This document shows positions 40,027-48,664 of a stretch of 64,000 nt of DNA, one piece after another. The stretch is from Williopsis jadinii (taxonomy: Eukaryota), in assembly GCA_024346625.1 (NCBI GenBank), contig AP024666.1, positions 186,001 to 250,000 on the forward strand, read 5' to 3'. Numbering within the stretch: the first letter of the stretch is position 1; every line of letters starts with the position of its first letter. The notes beneath the pieces were generated by a model. The model was not told where the DNA came from. It searched no databases and saw only the letters and a program-made list of their open reading frames with translations. A program made the position numbers and the translations under genes.

Positions 40027-41403
40027 ATGTCCGAAGAACAGGAGTTCAGAGTCCAGAGACGTTTCATCAAGTCTCCTGATACGAAGAGCAGGGACGAGGC
40101 AATCGCAAAGATCAATGCCGAGATCAAGCAGAAGGATGCTGAGTTGGCCCAGATCAAGTCCCAGTTGGCCAACACCGTCACCGACCCAAAGGTTTCCAAT
40201 GAGCGTAAGGCACTGCTGGACGAGCTCAAGGAGTTGAGAAAGACCCAAGGCGACCTGAAAGGTAGACGTACCGTCATCTCTACAAGAATTAGAGAGATTG
40301 ACAGCGGCCTGAAGAGAAAGATCTCTGAGGTTCAAGCTGTCACCTCAAAGTACAACTTCAAAAGTGCTGCCGACGTTGATTCTCGTATTCAGTCACACGA
40401 GGATGAGATTGCCACTGGCCACTTGTCCCTTGTTGAAGAGAGAAGATTGGTGAAGGAGATCTCCAACCTGAGAAAGGTCCGTAAGGATTTCTCCAGTTTA
40501 TCAGCCCAGCAGGAGTCCATCGACGCCGATAAGGCCAAGATTGCCGAGTTGAAGAAGGAGCTGTCCACCATCAACTCCCGTGAGATCTCAGAGAAGTTTG
40601 AGTCCGTTCAGAAGAAATTGGATGAGTTGTCTGTCTCGAACAAGTCTGTCAATGAAAAACGTGATGCCCTGTACAAGAAGCGTAACGCATTGCACGCTGA
40701 TAAGGATACACTCTACGCCTCTCTTAAGAAGACCCGTGACGACTTTGACAAGCAGTTCAAGGCATTCAAGAAGGCTCTTGCTGACGAGCGTCAACGTGTT
40801 GCAAATGAGGAGGCCAAGTTCAAGACTGAAAGGGCCAAGTCTGAGCGTAAGGCCAAATTGGACAAAGAATTGGCTGAGGCTTCAAGACCAGCCTTCACCT
40901 ATGAAATCGACACAATTCACGCCCTCTTGACATACTTTGATCCAACTTATGTCAAGCCGGAGGAGGAGTTTGGTTTCAACTCAACTAACGGTGCAAAGAA
41001 GGCCACCCCAGCTGTTGATGCTCATACACAGGACTACGTTGTGATCAAGAAGGAAAACGACGTGTTCCTTGCTGGTACCAAGACCGGTAAGAAGCACAAG
41101 AAGTCATCTCAAAAGAAGTTCACATTGGAACCAGATGTCATTTCTCAGTTGGGCGATTTGGACCTTGGATTGCCAACTTCAAAGGACGACGTTCCAAAGA
41201 TCATCGAGGACTTGAAGACCAAGCTGGACAAGTACTCCTCTGCCCAAAAGGAAACCACCGAAAAGAACATTGAAGCTGCAAAGGCAAAGATCGCTCAATG
41301 GGAGGCCAAATGGGCCGAAGAAGATGCTGCAGAGGCTGCAAAGGCTGAAGCTGATAAGGAGAATGTTCCTGAAGAGGAGAATGCCTCTAAAACTGAAGAG
41401 TAA
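40027..41403 (+). CDS. BFR1: mRNP/polysome-associated coiled-coil protein Bfr1
   Basis: RRFIKSPD, G.LSLVEERRLVKEIS.LRK motifs; adjacent to MCA1 as in S. cerevisiae. Confidence 0.88.
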   Translation: MSEEQEFRVQRRFIKSPDTKSRDEAIAKINAEIKQKDAELAQIKSQLANTVTDPKVSNERKALLDELKELRKTQGDLKGRRTVISTRIREIDSGLKRKISEVQAVTSKYNFKSAADVDSRIQSHEDEIATGHLSLVEERRLVKEISNLRKVRKDFSSLSAQQESIDADKAKIAELKKELSTINSREISEKFESVQKKLDELSVSNKSVNEKRDALYKKRNALHADKDTLYASLKKTRDDFDKQFKAFKKALADERQRVANEEAKFKTERAKSERKAKLDKELAEASRPAFTYEIDTIHALLTYFDPTYVKPEEEFGFNSTNGAKKATPAVDAHTQDYVVIKKENDVFLAGTKTGKKHKKSSQKKFTLEPDVISQLGDLDLGLPTSKDDVPKIIEDLKTKLDKYSSAQKETTEKNIEAAKAKIAQWEAKWAEEDAAEAAKAEADKENVPEEENASKTEE

Positions 41404-41588
41404 AGACCTAAGCATCTACCCTTCATCCCTTACAGAACCTCATCCACCCAAAATAACTACGTAGAAACCAATCGTTTAGTTTCCATTATTGAAACACATG
41501 TATATGTTGATTATATATATCAACAGCTAATAATTTGTGTCATACTTGTACTACATCATTGTAGGTTATAAGAAAGAACCCAAATGTA

Positions 41589-42929
41589 TTACATGATGAA
41601 CTTCAAGTTTACATCAATAGGGTGCGAAGCACTCAACTGTGGTTTCTGAGAATACTTTCCAGCCATTGCATTTCTCATGTTGTTTAACAAAGAGATATAG
41701 GACTGATTTGGTTGCGACGCCATAACGTTGATAAACGAATACGACATGGCACCTGTAGCCATACCATACTCTGTGGTGTCTGCCGATGTTTGTTCATCCT
41801 TCGAACCAGAGAGCATAATCACATCAGCTGGAGATGAATTCTTGATGATGACCTGCTGTCTATTGGTATCACCTCTGGTGGCTCTGGTAAATGCAGAGCT
41901 TAAGGAATCGAAAACTCCACTGATATTACCTTGAGCGTACGACATGACAGCGTTTAAACCATCTTTACCCACGTCCTTCAACATATTTGGTTCCTTGATA
42001 ACACCCTTTGTGGAATAGGCAAATGGCAAGTCCAGCGCTGAACCAGAATGGCAAGAGTCAAAGAATGCAGTGAGTCTTGCACCTTGTGGTAGAGGTCTCA
42101 CCATAACCTGATGCATTACATCGTCAATAATGGAACCGTTTGTCTGGAAATCAACGGGATAGATGCAAGAATCATAACCTGACTCTTCTTCACCTGTCAA
42201 GTTCTTCTCCAATCCACCGTGGCCAGAGTAATGGAAAACCAAAGAATCGTTTGGCCTAGCATCGGCAACGAGCCATTGCATTGCTCTGAGGATGTTGGCT
42301 TTTGTAGGAATTGATCTCTGATCACGTTGATCATCTGTCAAGACAACCATGTCTTCCTCCTTGTAGTTGAACTTATCCATGAGGAAACGTTTCATGGCAT
42401 TGGCATCGTTTATACAACCACGGAGCTGATTCTTCGAACCGAAATAGTTGATACCAATGATGAGGGCCTTACGCTGACCCGTACATTGCGAGTACTGGTA
42501 CTCGAAGTTTGTGTTACCCAGGTGTTGCATCTAGGAAGGTGGACCACTCATACCGTTAGGACCGGCATAGTTGTTACCGCTGTTGTTGTTGTTGTTAGAA
42601 CGTGAACCGTACTGTTGTGACTGTTGCTGGTAACCTTGTGGAGCATTCTGCTGAGGACGCTGGTACTCTTGGCTCTGGGAGCTTTGCTGCTGGTAACCCT
42701 GCTGGTAGCCCTGTTGCTGGTAGCCCTGTTGCTGGTAGCCCTGTTGTTGGTAGCCCTGTGGTGGGTAGCCAAAACCCTGAGGTGGTGGGCCTGGAGGTGG
42801 TGGCCCAGGCGGAGGGCCATAAGGAGGGCCATAAGGAGGGCCCGGCGGACGCTGGTATGGCGATCCTGATGGAGGACCGTAGGACTGCTGGTTCTGGCTA
42901 TAGTTCTGTTTCTGCTGACCGGGATACAT
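41589..42929 (-). CDS. MCA1: Metacaspase Mca1, interrupted by an in-frame TAG at 42533-42531 (132 aa prodomain ORF plus 313 aa catalytic ORF)
   Basis: MYPG start, Q/P/N-rich prodomain, YQYSQCTGQRKALIIGINY, catalytic HYSGHG and DSCHSG intact; both ORFs share a frame and are joined by TAG ATG. Confidence 0.92.
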
Positions 42930-43396
42930 CACACTAGTGCTATATATGGCCTAAGTGGCCTGGAAACGGAACAAGATCATGGCCATCAGTGTAGAATTTC
43001 ACCTTTGACCACTTTCTTCCGACAGGGTGTGGGCTTAACAGAGTAGGCGAAGAAATCTGCGCAATGACCGTCTTGGGATATCAATTTGACTGTGGGCTGA
43101 GCAGCGCAATCGGGCCAAGGAGCTCCCCCCCCCACGCGAACCAACACAGGTGGCAGTTTGAGATCAGATCAAACACACTTAGCTCAGAACCCGTATGCTG
43201 GTTTTGGGCTCTATCAATTGAGGCCACGAGGTTGTGAGCTGATAAGTGGTTTGTTGACATCCGAACACCAACGGGTATACTGCAGATATGCATGCTGACG
43301 TATATGGCACGCACATGGTTGTCTCTTGAAGTTCTCTACAAGTGCAAAGGATAGAGCGATTATTGCTATAAATAGGAGCATTCAATTGGAATGCCG

Positions 43397-44248
43397 TTAT
43401 CTCTTTCTTGCGAAGATGTAAGTTGTACCCCACTCGGTGTTGATCTCGGTGTCGTCGGTCCAAGCACAGGTTTCTTTCATCTCGCTGATCATCAGGTCTA
43501 CGATGTCGACTGTGGCGTTAGGGTTTCTCTTTCTCCAAGTGTGAACTGCGCTGAAGGAGCCGAGGTAGCCTCTGAACTTTTGCATGGTGTATTTATCATC
43601 TCCTAGGAAGTAAGCGGTACGTTTCTGTTTCTTCTCTGGATAGTAGTCCCATTTTTCAATGTCCTTGAACTCCGATTCCGGTGGGTGAACGTCATCGAAG
43701 AAGTATCTCAGGAAGTCCTTGCCAGGCTGAATCCAGCACGGACCCATGTACTGAGGGTCTTCAAAGACATATTTCTCGTAGATCTTATCAGCCTCAGGGA
43801 AGTCAACAAACCTTGGTTCGATGTACCCCCAGAAGGCCAATGTGCCACCAGGTTTCAGCACTCTGGCCGCTTCTTGGAAGAAAGGTTCATGCTTGATCCA
43901 GTGGAGTGCCTCTGCACAGATTAAGACATCAACACTTGAGGATTTTGGCACCACATCACGTAAATCTTCACCTGGTGAGACCTTAAATTCAATTCTGCCC
44001 TTGTGTTTGTCACTGATGGACTCAATGCCAGGTTGAATCATAACAGGTGACGCATCGGTAGCAACTACTTTATCAACGTACTGTAACAACGGGAAAGATG
44101 CCACACCAGGACCACTGCCAACGTCAAGAGCCAAGTCTCTATCTCCTTGGTGATAATCGAAAAGTGCCTTGTACAGAGAAGGCGGATACCTTGGTCTCTG
44201 TGAGTTGTAGTTGTTCGAATCGTAATCCTTCTCAGCGTATGTAGCCAT
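43397..44248 (-). CDS. TMT1: Trans-aconitate/3-isopropylmalate methyltransferase (class I SAM MTase)
   Basis: Y...RPRYP, LALDVGSGPG, AEALHW, LKPGGTLAFWGY, GPCWIQPG, WGTTYIFARKR; first ATG at 44248. Confidence 0.82.
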   Translation of the reverse strand: MATYAEKDYDSNNYNSQRPRYPPSLYKALFDYHQGDRDLALDVGSGPGVASFPLLQYVDKVVATDASPVMIQPGIESISDKHKGRIEFKVSPGEDLRDVVPKSSSVDVLICAEALHWIKHEPFFQEAARVLKPGGTLAFWGYIEPRFVDFPEADKIYEKYVFEDPQYMGPCWIQPGKDFLRYFFDDVHPPESEFKDIEKWDYYPEKKQKRTAYFLGDDKYTMQKFRGYLGSFSAVHTWRKRNPNATVDIVDLMISEMKETCAWTDDTEINTEWGTTYIFARKR

Positions 44249-44386
44249 AGGGTTTAGCTTGTTGGTTAGTTTCACCACATCAAGAAAACACTTGGATGTG
44301 ACCAAGCACCCCTCTTTATATAATAAATTGCAATGTATGATTCATCTTGATCTTCATGGATAAAAGACGTAAGTTTGCCTAACTAG

Positions 44387-44407
44387 CCGTCACCGGGCCG
44401 GTAACGG
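44387..44407. promoter_or_regulatory. Twin CCG-N4-CGG (Leu3-type) sites forming a 21-bp near-perfect palindrome upstream of TMT1
   Basis: CCGTCACCGG-G-CCGGTAACGG, about 140-160 bp upstream of the ATG; TATA-like element near 44315-44327. Confidence 0.55.
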
Positions 44408-46390
44408 GATCGGCTCCAACTATGGTAAATACATTTGGCAATGAGAACCAGTTCCTTATTTGGAAGTAAGCCGTTCATGAAAATGTGCCATTCTGTGCTT
44501 CTTAGAAAGTCCAAGAGACAGCAAAAGGGTAGTGATTTCTTTAGAGGAGCATGAACGTGCTCCATGTGTGTCTTATTGAGATGCGACAAGACACTTGATG
44601 ATGTGTTCTTCGGGGTTCAGCTTAATGCCTCCAGTTATATCGACGTCATAGTATATCTTTCTCTAACAGTAGGGTGTATATTGTTCCATTCGCACGGTGT
44701 GGTTAGTAGAATAGTTGATATGATAATAACAATAAGAATAATCTAAATAACAATATAATTCATTAATATAAGAGATGAAGATTAAATTGTAGGAACTTTA
44801 TAAAGAAGAAGCACAACGGTTCAAGGAGTGCCTTTTAAATCATTGTAGAGAAACACTGGAATCTTGAGGATTCGTGTATACATCCCAAAAAGGATGTGAT
44901 TATTGTAAAGTGTTACATAAATCACAGCAGATATAATTCAGTGATAGGCCCGGAAATCGAGTCCGGAGGTCGAATGTCACAGCTTGAATTGCCCATATCG
45001 GACACTTTTCCTGCCACAAATCAGTTTTGCTGTCATTTTGCTGTGCCTTTTCGTGCCCTGACAGCAGTTTCACATTTGGCGCGAAAGTCCATAAAAAAGT
45101 CTACAAAGGGGCACCGTTTTGGGCAACAATTGAAGCCCTTTGATCCAGGTAGTTTTGATTTTTTGAGAAGAGTCCGATCTTGGGGGTCAGCGGACCAAAC
45201 AGAGATGTTAATCACTAATGAAGAGTATGACACCCACCGAATTACTCACAGCTGATAGCCAGCTATTGAGTGGCTATAATTCTGGTGATATTTGACGGAC
45301 CACACGTGACTGATTTGAGAGTTTGCTTCCTATCCCACAGATCTAACCTTGATACCGAACATTGTGGGTAGTCAGGCAGAGTAGTGACAAGTGGTCCCCA
45401 TTCGTGCACACAGGCGGTTCGGCTAGAAGACCCATATTCTCTTCAGACTGGTCACCACACAGAGGAGATTACGATTATGATCACGATTGGAAAAGGACAA
45501 AACAAAGGGGGTCGAGATCTCGTACGTTTTAAATGCACAACTAAAGTTTGACTCTCGCCTTGGAAGTCCAGTATAGCTTAACGTTATTTTCTTTGACAAA
45601 ATGAATGATCCCAAGATTGAACTGAAATATTCTGAGATGCTACAGTATCACATAAATATCAAAGGATCTTCTTTGACTTGTAATATATATCACAATTAAT
45701 CTTCAAGGATTCATTAAGAAATGATTTAAAACAGTTGCCCCAGAGGGGTTTTGTCCATCTATTAGAAGGTGATACTTCCTGTTATCCAGGGATGACGACG
45801 GCTGTCGATTCGCAGGGACCAGCACATCGAATATGTGGCCCATGCGGGCAGGACAGGGTGAACCTCCTACTGGGGCAGTAGGGACCACCCATGCTTTTCT
45901 ATGCAGGGATGTCTAACTTACATGTTTGTGGGGGGGGGGACAGACCTATAAGTTTGTGCGAGTGTGTGGAAAAGGGGGCTTTTAAGCTCATCATCAGCAG
46001 CTAAAAAACAAAACACTACATGTCTACTGTATATGCTTTTGATAGATGTCTCGAATTGGCGCTATGAGCTGTGCTGTGTGATCGTGGATCCCATTTTGAA
46101 ATTCAAAACAGGAGCTCAAGATCATAACTTCCAAACCATGAGAGGTTTTGGTCAGTCTTTCATGTAGGTTGGGAATATAAGCTTGAATTACATAAAAAAG
46201 ACAATCGATGTTCTAATTTTGTCATTAGTTTGACTGACAGAGAGTATGCAGGACTAAACAATGAATCTCAGCCAACATTTCACATAGGACTCATTGTCTG
46301 TAGGAGGACGCAGACAAGTTGCAGAGATATATAAGTACGGTCGCCGGACTTCATCTTCTAAGGTTGTCCACATACTCAATCATCAAGAAA

Positions 46391-47560
46391 ATGCTCACGA
46401 AACTTCCTATTAACCTTTTGCTTGGTGTCTTGTCTTTCTCAACTGCATATGCCCAAGCCGAAGATGCAGGCTCTAAGATTCAATTCCCTGTCACAGGTGG
46501 GGTTGTCAGTGGCCCAACAAGGGTAAATTTTACCTTCTATGGTACAAACTCCTTAGCGGAACAAGATGACTACCGTCTTATAAATGTTGGAGTTTACAAT
46601 GATGAGTGGGATTACGAATCGGGAAGTGCATCAGCTATACCATCAGAAGGGATACAGGTTTTGTTTGAGGCAAGTTCTTATCTCGCAGCAGTTGGTGATG
46701 GAATCCGCTACGACGCTCCTGCTGCTGTGTTCGACGTTCCTGGAGATGATGGACTTCCAGACGATTATGTCTTCATTCTGTCAGTAATAGGTGATTATGG
46801 GTCTCCGAGAGATATTTCTGTTACTTTCGAGGCTACTTTCAGCAACGAATTCGGGGTGAATATTGGCGAAAGAGATACACTCGTGAAGTCATTCAATATG
46901 TCGATGACGATTTATGAATTGCCAATAACATTCGACCCTTCGAGCTCAGACGATGAAACTACCAGCCCAGGAGACGATGAAACTACTACTCCTGGCGATG
47001 ATGAAACTACCAGCCCAGGAGACGATGAAACTACCACTCCTGGCGATGATGAAACCACTACTCCTGGCGATGATGAAACCACCACTCCTGGAGACGATGA
47101 AACTACCAGCCCAGGCGACGATGAAACTACTACTCCTGGAGACGATGAAACTACCAGCCCAGGCGACGACGAAACTACTACTCCTGGTGATGATGAAACT
47201 ACCACTCCAGGCGACGACGAAACTACTACTCCTGGTGATGATGAAACTACCACTCCAGGCGACGACGAAACTACTACTCCTGGTGATGATGATACAACAA
47301 CTTCTGGTGACGATGAAACTACCACATCTGGAGACAATAATACAACAACTCCAGGAGACACCCCAACAACTAAGACTTCAACAGGAAAGGACAGCCAAAC
47401 CACAACTGGAGGATCAGGATCTTCAAACCCTACAACCCCGTCCACATCATCCTCAGGCTCTACACAAACCACCTCATTTGAAATTGCAAATGTTGGCGTG
47501 AGAAACTTGATGACAGGAGCATGTGCTGCGTTGTTAACCTTTGCATTGGTCCTTATTTGA
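46391..47560 (+). CDS. Putative GPI-anchored cell-surface protein: one ~150 aa N-terminal domain plus a DDETT(T/S)PG repeat stalk
   Basis: Signal peptide MLTKLPINLLLGVLSFSTAYAQ, Thr/Asp-rich stalk, C-terminal N-V-G-V-R...hydrophobic tail; TATATAA near 46328. Confidence 0.85.
   Translation: MLTKLPINLLLGVLSFSTAYAQAEDAGSKIQFPVTGGVVSGPTRVNFTFYGTNSLAEQDDYRLINVGVYNDEWDYESGSASAIPSEGIQVLFEASSYLAAVGDGIRYDAPAAVFDVPGDDGLPDDYVFILSVIGDYGSPRDISVTFEATFSNEFGVNIGERDTLVKSFNMSMTIYELPITFDPSSSDDETTSPGDDETTTPGDDETTSPGDDETTTPGDDETTTPGDDETTTPGDDETTSPGDDETTTPGDDETTSPGDDETTTPGDDETTTPGDDETTTPGDDETTTPGDDETTTPGDDDTTTSGDDETTTSGDNNTTTPGDTPTTKTSTGKDSQTTTGGSGSSNPTTPSTSSSGSTQTTSFEIANVGVRNLMTGACAALLTFALVLI
46949..47356 (+). 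repeat. Coding minisatellite, 17 x 24 bp (DDETT[TS]PG)
   Basis: GAC/GAT GAT GAA ACT ACY ACT CCT GGN units counted from the translation. Confidence 0.95.
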
Positions 47561-47963
47561 AACGTGTATACGTTCTCTCAGCCAATGCTATACATTGAGT
47601 ATATATTGAATGCTAAACTATCAACTTTTAGAAATTACTCTTCAGTAAGAAGAATTGTTAGTGAACCACCATAGTGTATTTCAAGCAGTGGCATTGCTTA
47701 GACGCTATTACACTCACCACTTGTTAGATTCCACGTTACTACGGTACAGACATTACTCAAACTAGTCAGAGCATAGGCGGTGTCACTCTTGTACTGATCA
47801 ATTGTGTAACAGAATAGCCTGGAGCAAATAAGTATGACCTAACTACTTGGCGTATGATCGTTAGACTGAGCTCAAACTAGTTAAACGTGTAAGAGCACTG
47901 CCTTCATCAAACCGTTATGAAGCGACCAGATCTTAGTGTTTTCCCCTCAGCTTCACTATGGCT

Positions 47964-47973
47964 CTATAAATAG
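47964..47973. promoter_or_regulatory. Perfect Rlm1 (cell-wall-integrity MADS) consensus site upstream of the second surface-protein gene
   Basis: CTATAAATAG matches CTA(W)4TAG, about 700 bp upstream of ATG 48665. Confidence 0.4.
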
Positions 47974-48664
47974 AGATCTATAAATCTTTCTAAAAAAATT
48001 CTCTTAGAGTTGAAGGACATTTCTCTTCTGTGCGAGTTGTCCTATTTTTAATCTCTGTGGCCATAACCTTGATAATGTTTGGTCAGACAGGACCCTGCAC
48101 GGACAAGTTGGCCCTGATGCACCTGAAAACCCTGCACATGCCATGTAACGACGCGCAGGAAGCGCTTCGAAGGGAATTACTCTTTGAAACTAAAGTACTG
48201 CAGAACAAAATTAACGTGGGTCAGGGAGGTGGAGAAGCATTAAAACAGTCTGTGACGCTTAGTCTTCAGCCACAATTCCCAATCGATGATCATAAGTTAA
48301 CTGCAGATGGAAGATTCGTGCTTCAACCTTCATGTGGGGACAGGTAACAACTACAGATGTTGCTAAATTTGTACTCATTCGTATCATTTTGGGCCATCAG
48401 ATTAGAGTATGTGGTGTATGTCAAGATGCAGATAAATTATGAAAGAGGTGTATAAGCAGTCATAATTCATTGTAGCTCGTATGGAGGCTGGAACTCTAAA
48501 GAAGTGACTAAGAACACGAGGTTTTGGAGACCAATTATGGCTCAGCTGTGTCTTTTTATAGAAACATTCACAGAGTCTGCAGGTGTATATAAATCTATCA
48601 GCATTTTCTTCTTCTCATCTGGCCTATTCATTTCTGTTAGCTTCAACGAGAAAGGCTTTGAATA

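Noticed and set aside
42531..42620. Intron removing the MCA1 in-frame TAG (CCTAAC...TTCCTAG looks like a branch point and acceptor)
   Set aside because: Available donors (GTATGA 23 nt upstream, GTAACA, GTACGG) do not preserve the frame, and the region aligns as coding sequence with the S. cerevisiae prodomain
43366..43375. Rlm1 consensus CTATAAATAG upstream of MCA1
   Set aside because: It lies in the AT-rich TMT1 terminator zone, where a chance match is likely
46949..47356. Regularly spaced repeats resembling a CRISPR array
   Set aside because: No unique spacers; an in-frame coding minisatellite with third-position variation in a eukaryotic gene
46912..47501. Alternative-frame and antisense ORFs over the repeat (PGVVVSSS..., MMKLPLLA...), likewise 50569-50942
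   Set aside because: Stop-free by-products of the coding tandem repeats
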